In this document: positions 19,120 to 30,474 of the stretch, one piece after another
How positions within the stretch are numbered: the first letter of the stretch is position 1
How the letters are laid out: each line of letters starts with the position of its first letter
Virus record (IMG/VR): IMGVR_UViG_3300028888_000123
Origin: a virus
Length of the DNA stretch: 64,000 bases
Reading direction: 5' to 3' (one strand)
The notes under the pieces: generated by a model
What the model saw: the letters and a program-made list of their open reading frames with translations, nothing else
What the model was told of the DNA's origin: nothing
The model's database searches: none
Program-made: the position numbers and the translations under genes

Positions 19120-19818
19120 ATGACCATCATCGCTGCAAAACAATTTTGAAAAACAAAAGAAGATAAAAAATGGACTTTATTTACAGACGATTGCATAACT
19201 GTAGGGCAGGCTCAAGTAAGTGCTGCTAGAAAATATCGTCCTAAATTAAGAGAAATTAACTGAAAAAACTGTGATTTAGTTATAGCTTCTTGCGGGGGAA
19301 CTAGAGAAATTGATTTAACTTTAAATTTACTTGAAGCTAAGCTTGAAATTACAAAGGTAAAAAATACAATGGATTTAGGCGTAGTAATACAGACAGCATT
19401 AGTAGATGCTCGAAGAACAGTATCAGAACTGTCAAAAGACCCAGCTGTCTGATTGTTAATCTTAGAAACCAACACTAATACTCTATGGCACGTGGATGAT
19501 TATAGTATGTTCCAAGTACCAGATGAATGAGAAATCGTCGCTGGTAGTTGAGAACAAGCTTTCTTCTCTGCTAATAAATATGAGAATTTCCTATGAAGTC
19601 TTCGTTTAGCAGTAAAGACAGACGAATATTGTGAGTTCCCTATTTATGCTTATAGAGATTGAGAAATGTATAACTTCTATGCTCATCAAGACCCATATGA
19701 AATGGAACAAACTTTACTTGGTAATCCACCTAGTTATGAATGCACTCCAGTCCTCTGTAACGAAGAATACAGAGAACCAAAATGAATGAGCGAAAACATC
19801 GCTGCAAAACTTTGATAG
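19120..19818 (+). CDS. HslV/proteasome-beta-like N-terminal-nucleophile peptidase (231 aa).
   Basis: Begins M-T-I-I-A-A (Thr-1 nucleophile position); TDDCITVGQAQVS and VAGSGEQAFFSA resemble HslV GDGQVT and IGSGG motifs. Confidence 0.4.
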
Positions 19819-19864
19819 AATAATAGAAACTCTAATTAAAAAAAATTCCTCTTTAGAAAAGAGG

Positions 19865-19951
19865 ATGAAAGAAATGGAGATGAACTTTACTATATTATGT
19901 ATAACATTGATAGTAAGTTTATCTGTAGTCTTCGTTATGTTCTATTTATAA
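19865..19951 (+). CDS. Tiny TM peptide (28 aa).
   Basis: MKEMEMNFTILCITLIVSLSVVFVMFYL; last gene before the strand switch. Confidence 0.3.
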   Translation: MKEMEMNFTILCITLIVSLSVVFVMFYL

Positions 19952-19977
19952 AAAAGCCCCTCTTTTGAGGGGTTTTT
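19951..19977. terminator. Bidirectional rho-independent terminator at the point where the two arms converge.
   Basis: AAAAAGCCCCTC-TTTT-GAGGGGTTTTT with A- and T-runs on both sides. Confidence 0.7.
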
Positions 19978-19978
19978 A

Positions 19979-21348
19979 TTATTTAATTGTTTCAACTATT
20001 TCACTAGTAACATCAGCTTGGAACAATGTAGGAGTTATAAGCTGAACTCACAAACAAGTTCCTCAGAAAAGAGATTTAAATTCTGTAGAACTATCATTTG
20101 CTCAAACTATTCTAAAATTTGTTGTATGTCAATTTGCTGCTTCTGGGATGTTTGATTGACAACGATATCATAATGTTATTTCATCTCATTCACGTAAGTC
20201 AACAAAAACTCAGATATTATATGTCATCCAAGGTCAATCATATCAAAGAGTTGGTTGAATTCAGCTTCATTGATTAAAGTTTACATTCCAAGTTCATCAT
20301 CATTCAGAAGTAGATACGGTAGCTCAAGTAACAGATATAGTTCAGTCTTGTGCTATACTAATTCAATTACCTCATTTAAATACTGTCTGCGTTCAATATG
20401 CTCAATGCTTTGCTGTACATAAAGAGGCAAATAATCATCATATCCATTCTCTTTCTCATTTTATTCTTAATAATCATCTACCTAAGTTAGTATATCTAGG
20501 AGCATCTTTCCAGTTGTTTGCTACAGTCAGCTGTCAATATAACCAATAATATCAACTTTGTTTTATTTTAATTCAGTTTTTAGTTGCTAACTTTCTATTT
20601 CAAGTTAATAAATCCCATCATCATCATTGGTCAGCTGTTTCTATCCAAGTAACTCTTTCAGCATTCCCATCAGAGTTGAATCAAACTGTGTAGTCTTTGT
20701 TAGTCAGAAATCAAATCATTACAGTATTATCAAATATGCTTTGACTTGATTTGTCAGTTATAGTTACAACGTGTCTATGGTCTCAACTTTGAGTGACGTT
20801 GATAAATTGGCTTTGATTATTAATAACTAAATCAGGGATATCAGGGCATTCAGGAATAACTCAGTCTTTTATTCATATTCTTAAATATGCATCACCTCAT
20901 CAACAATTTATTTCATCTATTACTATTCAATTACCTGCATCAAGCTTCTCATTTAAGTATCCTGGAGTAGTGTCTCCTCCACAAGCTTTTACTGTTTCAT
21001 CTGTAGAGGAAATCTCCCATCAACCTTTTACGCTGCAATCTCATCAGTCTATATAACAATCACTGGGAGGAGTTACATCCCTTACTGTTATGTTATTTCA
21101 AGCTTTTACATATGTTGGTTTAGGACATTCTGCTGTAAGTTTAATTACTCAGCACTCGCTTGTATCAACTACGAGACAATCGTTAGTGGATTGAATATTT
21201 ATTCAACAGTTATCGCTACAAGTTTTTCAGCAACAATTTGTATTACAATCCTCTGGGTCTAATACTGTGCTCTCAATTATTTCTCCATCATCTGGGCAAT
21301 TATTACTACAAGGTCCACAAGGTTGTTTACATTTACAATCGCTCATAG
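19979..21348 (-). CDS. Hypothetical Cys-rich, probably structural, protein (about 455 aa).
   Basis: ATG (CAT on +) at 21346-21348 is preceded by the stem-loop element. Frame open with many TGA (TCA on +) to TAA 19979-19981. Confidence 0.35.
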
Positions 21349-21375
21349 GTTATTCATTTTTATATATAAATAAAT

Positions 21376-21402
21376 GCTGGATGGACAATTATGCCACCCA
21401 GC
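21376..21402 (-). promoter_or_regulatory. Conserved stem-loop element (copy c): GCTGGATGG-ACAATTAT-GCCACCCAGC.
   Basis: Shares GGATGG..AATT..CCACCCA with the elements at 28300 and 49971. Confidence 0.5.
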
Positions 21403-21416
21403 ATATCAACATTGTC

Positions 21417-21899
21417 TTATTTTAATTTTGAAGACGGTAGTAACTGGTATTACTCATCATTTTCATTCCCTATATACATAGGGCATTCTTCTTTTCCACA
21501 ATATTTTCTAATACAGTTACAATAAACACAACGGTCCCAGGCTGAAGAGCCAGGGAACTTATGATGAGTATCTGGGTTCTTCGTAGGTTTAAAGTTAGCC
21601 ACTTCGCTTTCTTTCTTTTTAGGAACGTATGGCTTAAGGTAACTTTTATAATTAGCTACCGCTTCATTAAATTTCTCTTCATCAATTTCCCCCGAAATAA
21701 ATTCATATAATGTGTATGAATCTATTTTATCTAAATATCAATTAATTTTATTTAGATTTTCTTTGAGTATTTCTTTACTAAGTCAAAACTTCATTAGGTC
21801 ATTATGTAGGGAAATCTGTTTATTACTGGCTCAACATATTTTACAACCTCATCCTTTACAAGAACATTTGGTTGTACCTCAATCTAGTTCGTGTCTCAT
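21417..21899 (-). CDS. Small Cys-rich protein (about 160 aa).
   Basis: CSCKGGGCKICG and CVYCNCIRKYCGKEECPMY motifs. Confidence 0.3.
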
Positions 21900-21900
21900 A

Positions 21901-22158
21901 TTATTCTAATACTCAATTTAAAGCGTTTTGTTTTTTAGCTAGTTGATTTTGTCTAGCTCTATTTTTTCTAATCACAGCTCTCTTTTCAGAGAAGAGATTA
22001 GAATATGTTTTTCATTCCTCAGTTAATTGGTAAGTTCAAGGAATAAGATGTCAATTCCTAACTTGAGTTTTATAGGCCAAGCGTTTTGCATAGTCTAATG
22101 GCAGTCACCTTTCATTTGTAAGTTTTCGCACCATCCTACTAAAAATATTACGTGCCAT
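21901..22158 (-). CDS. Hypothetical small basic protein (about 85 aa).
   Basis: ATG at 22156-22158; stop 1 nt before the next ATG. Confidence 0.3.
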
Positions 22159-22173
22159 AATATATTTATTAAG

Positions 22174-23220
22174 TTATAAATAATTTTCTCATCAGTCATA
22201 AATTTTAGCATATCAGTTCGTCTTCATTTCTTCTTCGCTATAATTATCTCAGACCAAATGTTCTTTAGTTTTTATATTAAACCAATGTGTCACTATTTCT
22301 GACTGACTAACTTTTTTATTTTCTTTTATTAACACTAAGGCATCTTCCAAAGTCATCCAAGGCCAAACCATAATACAATTATATCAATTATCTATAGCGA
22401 ATTTTAGTTTGTTATAATGATATTCTTTGTCTTTTAATTTATAATCTGACTTGACTTGTATGTTGGAATTATGAAAAGCTCGTGGATTTATTTCTATCAA
22501 TGTGTTTCATATTTTAAAGTCATATCGATAGTCTCATAAATTAAACTCACTGAAAATTTCATATCAATATTTTTCAAATTCTTTCTTTCGTTTCGAATTA
22601 ACCTTAGAATTTTTTGTATAAAATTTTCTAGCATAAGCAGAAGCTCAAGGCCTTTCAAATGTCCGTGCATATCATTTTTCTTTTTTCCTTTTCCCGGCAT
22701 TTACCTTAAGTGTTCTATGTGCTTTTTCTTGTACACTGTCTCGCTGTTCTTTAGTAAGTCCATCTCTTCGCTTTTTAAATATCTCTCAATGTTTCTTTTT
22801 TCTTTTTTCTTTTTCCTCCTCCGACTGAGCATCAAACTGCTGCTGCTGTATAGCTCTAGCCATCAGGGCCTGCTGTCTTCTTTTCTCTTTTATTTCTTCG
22901 GGAGTATTTTCTCGTGTTAGCCTAGGAATTTTCTTTTTACAATCTCCACAATATCTCTGCTGCTCAGTTCACATAAAATCACATCAGCATAATTTGCATT
23001 TCTTTAGCCTAAGTTTCGCAGCATTCAACCTTTTAGCCTCAGTTGTACATTTTTTAGAACAATACTTATTAGTTGTAGAATATCATATAAACTCATTTCA
23101 ACATATAACACAGTTTAATTTATGCTCGCGGCGCTGACTACATTTTAGCGAACAAAAAACTTGTGCTTTGTGGCTTGGGTTAAATCTTTTTCAGCAAAAT
23201 TTACAAACTTTTTCTTCCAT
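22174..23220 (-). CDS. Zinc-ribbon-repeat lysine-rich protein (about 348 aa).
   Basis: Repeated CxxC (CKFCGKRF, CSLKC, CVICG, CKLCGC, CGDCKKK). ORF track 22497..22700 is an internal piece. Confidence 0.35.
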
Positions 23221-23262
23221 AATACAAACCAATAATATAAATATGTGTATATATATTAGTTA

Positions 23263-24516
23263 TTATTTATTATTTTTCAAGTCTTTCTTTTTGCTACTTC
23301 TAATGGGGAACCTCTCTACTGCCCATAGTTATCTAATTATTATTTAAATATACTACCAATACGTTCGCCCAACCAACTAGCTCAACGTCCTGTTAAATAT
23401 GCTGGATTTGTATATAACATAGCCTGAACTACATCTCATAATCATACACTTTGACTAGGAGTTTTTTTATTTCAACCTGTTTTTTGTCTAGCAGTTTCAT
23501 TAACTTCTATATTATTTCACTTATCTGTATCTGCAGAAGCAGCAAAATATCATTCTTTTACTAACTGAGCCTTTGCTTGTTCATCAGTTAATCAAGAGCC
23601 TTTTAATTGATTCCACCTGTTTAGTAATTCAGTCGTTGTAGAAGTTCAGCTTCCACTACCTCATCCTGAAGTAGGAGTAGCTAAAGCCTTGTTATAATTA
23701 TCAATGTCTGAAGCTGTATTTTGAGCTATAGTATTATATAAATCATTAGCTCTTCTATATAAATCTATGACATATTGATTTGTTGTATCTCAATATTCTT
23801 TTCTCAGATTAGACATAAAGTTAATTAGATTTGTAGCTATATTTAATTTAGCATTAATCTGTTGTTCTTTAGCTTGAATATATCTTCAGAAACTTTGATT
23901 ATAGGCCTCATTTTGCTGAGCTCTGATACTTCATAAACTAGCTCAGGAATGTACTCATTGAGCAGCAATAGCCGCTGCTTGTCTTCAAGCATCGCTAGCT
24001 AAATAATTTCATAAATCATCATAATATGAATTAACTTCTTTAGTAAGACTTCACTCTGGTCAGAATGTGTTATTTATATAATCTCTTTGGTTTTGTAAAT
24101 CTGATAAGATTGTATTATATGCTCATCTAGCTGCTCATTGTAATCAAGCTTCGTTCTGCTTTACATAGTTTAATAATGCATCAGCTGCATTCAATGAATT
24201 ATTTGCGAATGTTGAATACCTTCATAAGTTATTAGCAATTCATCCATAAGCATTTGCCATAGCATTATCTCATTGATTAGCATAGCCTTGTGCTTGTAGG
24301 TTATACACATCATAATTAGAGAATGTATTTGAAGGAGCTACAGATTGTATAGGGTCAACTGTAGAAGTAGTGCTATTTTCCCAACTAGGATGAAACTCAG
24401 TTTCGTTTCAATGTATGTAGTCATACATCTCTTGAGCTGGGTTTGCATATTCTTCTACAATATTTCCATTAGCATCCATAAATCCTCATACAACTCTTCA
24501 TCTGTTTGTTGCCATA
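23263..24516 (-). CDS. Hypothetical Asn/Gln-rich protein (about 417 aa), probably a virion protein.
   Basis: Frame open with TGA as Gly from ATG 24514-24516. Confidence 0.35.
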
Positions 24517-24718
24517 AGTTAAATGTTATTTATTTAAATTAATATGTTCTGTATGACTCTCAATTTCTATAAGCTCTTTGTCAGATGACATTATATCAAT
24601 AATTATTTTCTAAGTTTTTTAATCATTGTAAATAATCATTTCATCTTAAATTCCTAACATTCTGTATTTCATAAGGAACTGTAGGAGCTGGAGAGATTGT
24701 AGCCTGTTGAGTATTAAC

Positions 24719-25150
24719 TCAATTTATTCTCAACATATTTTGATTTGGAATATAATTAGAATTAGTTACTCTTTGAATAGGAGCGACATATGTAGTATTA
24801 TTTTGTGTCGTAGTTGGAACTACTGTTTGAGTAGGAGTTATTGTCCTTCTTTGTACACGCTGGACCTGAGTTTGAGCTGGTTGATTAATTATAGAATTGT
24901 AATTATTCACTCTATTTTGAGCCTGCTGAATTCTATCCTCAGCAGTATACATATTTAACCTTATTTGATTATATTCATCTATTGCCTGTCTCATAACTCC
25001 AGCAGCTCTTGCTTGTTGTTCAGGTGTAGCATTTGCATATGTCTCAAACAATCTTTTATATTTATTATATCTATCTGCAAGCTGTGCATAGTTATCATTA
25101 GCTATATCTAATTCAACCTGAGCAGCATTTAATTCTTCTTGTGTTGGCAT
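24719..25150 (-). CDS. Coiled-coil Gln/Thr-rich protein (143 aa).
   Basis: ORF track entry; contains no TGA. Confidence 0.5.
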   Translation of the reverse strand: MPTQEELNAAQVELDIANDNYAQLADRYNKYKRLFETYANATPEQQARAAGVMRQAIDEYNQIRLNMYTAEDRIQQAQNRVNNYNSIINQPAQTQVQRVQRRTITPTQTVVPTTTQNNTTYVAPIQRVTNSNYIPNQNMLRIN

Positions 25151-25172
25151 TAATATAAAGTTAATTATTTAA

Positions 25173-25634
25173 ATTATTTTGCGTTAGCTGACATATTATA
25201 TTTACGCCAGAAAATTCCGTCCTTAAAAGAATAATCTATACTTCAATCTTCATTCTTTTTTGCCCCACGTATATTATTATATATTTCATAATTATTTCAC
25301 TCTGCTTCAAATGGGTCATATTCTAGTCGCGTATAATTGCCATCAGGGCTTTGAACTCGTTCTCTAGCAAAGAATGATGGGGTTCATTTATCATCTTTTC
25401 AATATCTAATTGAAATTATTTTTCAATTTTTATCTGTAAAGTTTTCCCATTTTTCACTAGGTAAGTTAGATGTATCAGGTATAGCTTGTCTTGGCTTTCA
25501 ACGTTTAATTGTTCATCTATTCTTTGCATTATTTTTTAATTCATATATTCTCATCAATCTAGTATCTAGATTTGGGAACTGATATGTTGAATTGTTCACT
25601 CCTCATAATACTAACGCCTGCTTTCTTCCAGCCA
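25173..25634 (-). CDS. Hypothetical protein (about 153 aa).
   Basis: ATG at 25632-25634; open frame. Confidence 0.35.
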
Positions 25635-25781
25635 TAGTTATTTATTTAATTCATTTAAATCTAATACTTCTACCTTTTCTTTAGACTCTTCTTTTTTCTT
25701 AGATTTTTTCTTTACTCATATCTTTTTCTTTAGAAAGTCTATGTAACTTTCTTTACCTGGTTTATAATTAAATTTCATTTT

Positions 25782-26269
25782 AGTCTGCATTTATAGTATC
25801 TAAATAATCTGCTATAACTGTAGCATTAATTAAGTTTCCGCTATCTAATCATAAATATTTACAATCGATAGCTCCCATAGCAGAAACATATAATATGAAT
25901 GCGGCATCTGTATTAGCTAATTCATCATCACAAGTTCCTGTCTCATCTACAGTTAATCCTTTATCAGTAACATATTTTTCAAAAGTATTACCTGCTTTAA
26001 CAGCATTATAGAAAGGGCGTAATTCTTCTCAAGCTCAATCTATAATTGTTTCTGCGTTAGCTTGAACTGTGTCTGGGTCTGTTACATTTTGCATAAGTTC
26101 AGAAGTAGCAAACCAATTCTCTGCATAACTTCTCATATCTCAAATTGTTGCGTCTCCACAATTACAGAATTCATCATTCTCACGCCAGCACTTAAGCGTT
26201 AAACATTCGCAAGGACCACATCATAACATTTGTGCTTTACGTGCTCTAAGCATAGTTTTTAATTGTCTC
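25782..26269 (-). CDS. Hypothetical protein with a Cys-rich N-terminus (about 162 aa).
   Basis: CGPCECLTLKCW...CNCGD motif. Confidence 0.35.
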
Positions 26270-26316
26270 ATTACAATTAAATTAATTATTAAAAATTTCC
26301 CCCTATAAAAAGGAAA

Positions 26317-26372
26317 CCTCTATAGGAATGCGGGGGACATTTCTATAGAGGCTATAAGAAGACTAAGTCTTC
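26317..26372 (-). terminator. Two adjacent hairpins (CCTCTATAG...CTATAGAGG 9-bp stem; GAAGACT-A-AGTCTTC).
   Basis: Inverted repeats read directly; they lie between the late promoter-like element and the next ATG, so they could be a leader structure rather than a terminator. Confidence 0.4.
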
Positions 26373-26420
26373 CTATATTTAGATTATATTTTTTTAAGGT
26401 TTTGTTATAACTTTTACGAG
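26372..26420 (-). promoter_or_regulatory. Late promoter-like element, copy 3.
   Basis: CCTATATTTAGATTATATTTTTTTAAGGTTTTGTTATAACTTTTACGAG aligns over about 45 of 50 nt with 47445-47493 and 62196-62244. Read on the minus strand it gives a -10-like TATAAT followed by CTAAATATAGG. Confidence 0.55.
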
Positions 26421-26469
26421 TAAAATGTATTTATAATTTTGTTTCTCCGTTTACTATAAATCTTTTTTA

Positions 26470-26845
26470 TAAAAATGGCTTCTTTCGTCAGAGAATAGCT
26501 CTTTGTCTTCATATTTTTTCTTTACTATTCCTGGCTGGTAGAAAGCTCATCTAGGCAAGGAGAGAATAGCATATAATTCTTCTCTCACTACATCGCTTAA
26601 CACAGGCTCCCATAATTTTACCATATCTCTTAATTGCTCGTGTGGGCTTTGTGATTGCCCATAAAATCTATTGAGAGCTTGGTGCTTTCTGTCTGCGATT
26701 AACACTTTATTAATAGCCTCGTTAGTGTTGTATTGTAATCTATTACAACGTCAAACTATATGGTGCTCTGATTTAGCATCAGCTGGAATACATTTGTTAA
26801 GATGGTATTCTTCTCAATTAATGGTTATCCTGTGTGGTTTGCTCA
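26470..26845 (-). CDS. Hypothetical protein (about 125 aa).
   Basis: ATG at 26843-26845. Confidence 0.35.
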
Positions 26846-27324
26846 TCTTCTTTAATATTTTCTAAATTTTCGTCTTTTTTAGGTAACTTCTGTTTAAATA
26901 AGTTAGCTATAAATTCTATAAGCAAAGAGAAGGCGTCAATTTCTGATAGGTGAGAACCTGTATTTATTGAATATATGTGTCAGATAATAGAGTATCACTC
27001 TGTTATGATTAATATACTCATTACACTTGTCACTAACATAGATATATCTTCTGCGCCAACCCCCTTTAGAACGAAGATAAAAACTAAAGGAAGAATTAAC
27101 TTAGAGAATTTCTTAAAGATTCATCTCCAAGCATTTGTTGAAGTTACACTTTGTTTATCTTCGAAATAAGCATCAGCTATTCAGAAGACAAAATCTAAGA
27201 AGAGAAGTCCTGCAAAGATAGCATAGACTTCTCCACTTAATTGTAGATATTCTAGTACAGAAGCAAGTGTTATCCCCCCTGCCACACTAGCAACGGCACC
27301 AGCTGCACTGAATTCTCAAGTCAT
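26810..27324 (-). CDS. Holin-like multi-TM membrane protein (about 158 aa).
   Basis: Three predicted TM segments (AAGAVASVAGGITLASVL; IFAGLLFLDFVFGIA; LILPLVFIFVL). It sits immediately upstream of the peptidase gene. The 3' end overlaps the next gene and is approximate. Confidence 0.4.
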
Positions 27325-27346
27325 TATTTATTATTTAAAATTAAAT

Positions 27347-28273
27347 TTATAACGGTAGCTCTTGATTAATCTCTGGATATAACTTTCTAGCTACTTGAGA
27401 GAAATTAACTATAGCTTGTTGCATTTCTTTAGGCTCATTATTATATTGCTTCTTTAATACTTCAATAACTACCTTCATAACATTCTTTCTCTTTAAATAT
27501 TCTGGGCTTTTAGCAGCATCTTCTTTAATGTATAATACCCAATATCTATAGTTAAATCTACTTCCAAAATCTTTCATAGTTTTGAAAGAAATGTAGAATC
27601 TAGATTTAAGTTTTTTACCATCGTTAGCACTCCAGCTATTAACAAACCAGAATCAGTTAGCGTCCCAACCGACAAGTGCTATACAATGTCATCCCGTAGG
27701 AGTTGTAGGAACAGTCTTAACTTCTCATTTAGTCATCTCATTCCAAGTAGTTTTATCTCATCTTACACACCATACGATAGGGCAACCTTGATAAAGATAT
27801 CTCTTCATTAAATCAATAGCTTTATCTGTCTCATCCCACGCTCAAGTTGCATAAGCATCGAATCTAGCTAGCTGTCAATTTTCTTCTATAAGAATTCACT
27901 CCTTTAATGCAGTTGCTACAGCTTTCTCTACAAAATCTCAACCATCATATTTAGTTGTTGAATGTCCCATCTTACTCCATAGGTCTTTCCATTGTGGAGT
28001 AATTATATTCCTATCTGTCGGCTCTACTCAATTCTTTTTTACCTGTAAGATTTGTACTCAATGTGTAGTTCACATAGCAGTGCAGCTTCAAAGAGCTCAT
28101 TGATTAGAGGTTTTATAAATCCATTTTCATAGAGAGAAAAACTCTGGGAGCTTGACATTATAATCAACTTTAATCGCTTCTGTCGCTTCGAAGTCTGTAG
28201 CTTCGGCCATATCTTCTGGAAGGGTTAGAGCTCATTCAAAAATCTTTATCTCTTCTTCTGTTAAATTTTCCAT
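27347..28273 (-). CDS. Papain-like (C1 family) cysteine peptidase, putative endolysin (about 308 aa).
   Basis: GALGSCTAMG (catalytic Cys context) and GGHCIALVGWDANGFWFVNSWS (GGHAV...VGY...W.VKNSWG signature). ORF track 27347..27577 is the C-terminal piece. Confidence 0.5.
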
Positions 28274-28299
28274 AATATATAAATTAAGGAATAAATTTT

Positions 28300-28366
28300 C
28301 TTGGATGGGTAATTGTCCCACCCAAGAAATTAATGTGTCTTATTTTCATTTTGGTAACGGTACTAC
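28300..28366 (-). promoter_or_regulatory. Conserved stem-loop element (copy a).
   Basis: CTTGGATGGGTAATTGTCCCACCCAAG hairpin plus AAATTAATGTGTCTTATTTTCATTTTGGTAACGGTACTA. About 60 of 67 nt identical to 49971-50037. Confidence 0.55.
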
Positions 28367-28384
28367 CTAGGTTTTCTATTTATT

Positions 28385-28600
28385 TTATTGGGTAATTTTT
28401 TGTAAAGTTTCTTCATATGAAATATGTTTCCCATTCCAAATAATTATTGGTAGCATAGTTTCTCCTTCAATATCTTCTGGGTTAGCTTCATTAATGTTTA
28501 CTTCCTCAAATGTAAGTCCATTATTTTCAGCATAACTCTTTAATAAAGGAGCTATCATATGGCAACGGGAACAGAAGTCCCCCGAAATAAGTCTAATCAT
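28385..28600 (-). CDS. Glutaredoxin/NrdH-like thioredoxin-fold protein (71 aa).
   Basis: ORF track entry; CSRC (CxxC) motif near the N-terminus; size typical of the family. Confidence 0.5.
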   Translation of the reverse strand: MIRLISGDFCSRCHMIAPLLKSYAENNGLTFEEVNINEANPEDIEGETMLPIIIWNGKHISYEETLQKITQ

Positions 28601-29088
28601 TTTTAGTTCAAAATTTTCTGATAAAATCTGAATTGTCTATTTTTGACTGTTCAAAGACAGTTCTCCCGTAAAATTCGCTCTTCTTACCTTCGTTATATCA
28701 ACTCACTGGTCTAATGTATCACCAATATGTTACCGATAAAGCATTTAACTTTATCTTCTATATGTTACCATATAGTTCGGACTATATCTTCAAATAACTT
28801 TCGTTAAGTGTTGGGCACTCGTGTTGCTTTCATTACTGGTCTAGTAGTATAGCATTAGTCTCTGCACGTTCTCCCTATCCCTAAGGAGCTTCGCTCAGTA
28901 TTGTCCTTATAGGAGTTCCACTGAATTCACCCAATGTTTAAAGAGAGACATAATACTTAGTCTATCACTCTCGTATACACTTCACAAGGCACTCTTTTAT
29001 AAATCTTTCAATCACTTCACATAACTTCAACTGTCTCAATGGTTTTTGGCATAATGGTAATTATAGTAAAATATAAAAAACATATAAT
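28601..29088. ncRNA. 480-nt non-coding island: candidate structured RNA or replication origin with iteron-like repeats.
   Basis: Stops in all six frames even with TGA as Gly. Internal repeats TATGTTACC(G/A)ATA x2 and CTGGTCTA(A/G)T x2. Everything around it is densely coding. Confidence 0.35.
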
Positions 29089-29111
29089 CCCCTAAGGCAA
29101 AGCCCTAGGGG
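29089..29111. terminator. Hairpin CCCCTAAGG-CAAAG-CCCTAGGGG.
   Basis: 9-bp imperfect GC-rich stem; similar to the CCCTAG hairpin at 38551. Confidence 0.45.
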
Positions 29112-29112
29112 A

Positions 29113-29253
29113 AATGAATTAAAGATAATTTAATATTGCCACTAAAGCTATAATGCTTATAGCAACAATCACTCTAAATAGAAATAAATCTATCTTAATG
29201 ATTCCTATCACAAATAGGATTAAGAATATAAGAAGGAGAAATAATTTTAGCAT
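29113..29253 (-). CDS. Small hydrophobic membrane protein (about 46 aa).
   Basis: MLKLFLLLIFLILFVIGIIKIDLFLFRVIVAISIIALVAILNYL. Confidence 0.3.
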
Positions 29254-29286
29254 ATTGGATTAAAGGAAAGGATAAAAGGCTGATAT

Positions 29287-30432
29287 TATATATAAGCTAA
29301 GCGCGCCCCGAAAGTCCAATACGTACTCGTAGCAGAATAATACACAAACAAAAAGAAAGCACCAGCACTCGAAGCACTTCTCTCATCACCACCAGCAAGC
29401 GCCACAGCAGAAGCATCCACATAACCGAGGTCACAGTAGTAAGTTGTATAATTATCTCAAGAGTAAGCTGATGGGAAGAACATACCTTTATCGTTTCAAA
29501 CTATTGATGTGATATTTCAATCTATTGAAGTAGCACTTCATAAACTCTCCCATCAATAACTTGTATTTCATAGTTCTTTTAATTTTGAAGGGTTGTTTGT
29601 CATATTCACATAATTTCAATATATTCAATCTACCCATTCGGAGATGTTTCACCACCAGTCTTCAAGTCAGAACAATCTAACTCTTCAAGTAGATGAAGTA
29701 TTAGTAGCTCAAGTTGCTAAGTTTCAGCTTATTCAAGTTACTGTAGTTCATAATACTTGCACAGCACTTCAATTAGTGTAACCTTGTCCAATCACAGACT
29801 GACTATTAGGATTACCATATTTCATCATATATAACGCATTTACATAGTTTCTTATAGGTAATGTAATTAGTGAATAATGTGATGAACTTCAGTATCAAGT
29901 TATAACATCTGTATTTCTAAAGTCTGTAATAGAACGGTCTACTGTCGGATTGGCATTAGTTGCCCAACTTCTTAATTTACTAGAATTAGATGTTCATTTA
30001 AAGGCTCATACATACATTTGATTTTGGATACTTCCATCTCTATTAAATGCATAATATGTATATCCAGGTTTATTAGGGTCTGCTGTGATGCTTAATGTAA
30101 CTTGGCTTCCACTCTTAGACATTTTAATTCATCTTCTAGGGAATTTTATCATCACATTATTAGCCCCAGTAAGAGTTCATAGTTGAGATAGGTTTAATAC
30201 TCAAGGAGTAGTCTGTTTTACCTCTGCTGTTTCGTTTCAATTTGCATCTAATAACACTGCTGAATATCAAAAAAATTCATCAAAAGCTGTATCTCAAGCA
30301 GTTAGTCAAGCTGCATCATCTGAATAAGTCCATCCACTAGACATATTGCTTTTCTCTGTTCGTGAGATAGTGAATGTTCTATAAGTAGGTCGCACTTTAT
30401 TCTCTCATAGATAAACTGCTTTGATTTCTTTT
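29287..30432 (-). CDS. Tail-fibre/receptor-binding-like protein (about 381 aa) with a GC-rich 3' end.
   Basis: Ser/Thr/Gly/Asn-rich; the C-terminus YYCDLGYVDASAVALAGG...YYSATSTYWTFGARLAYI is encoded by an unusually GC-rich stretch (29290-29450). Confidence 0.4.
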
Positions 30433-30474
30433 TGTACTAACATTTATTTAATAAATTATATAAATCTAAATTAA

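Noticed and set aside
24345-24958. + strand ORFs of 65 and 83 aa.
   Set aside because: They are antisense to the minus-strand genes 23263..24516 and 24719..25150.
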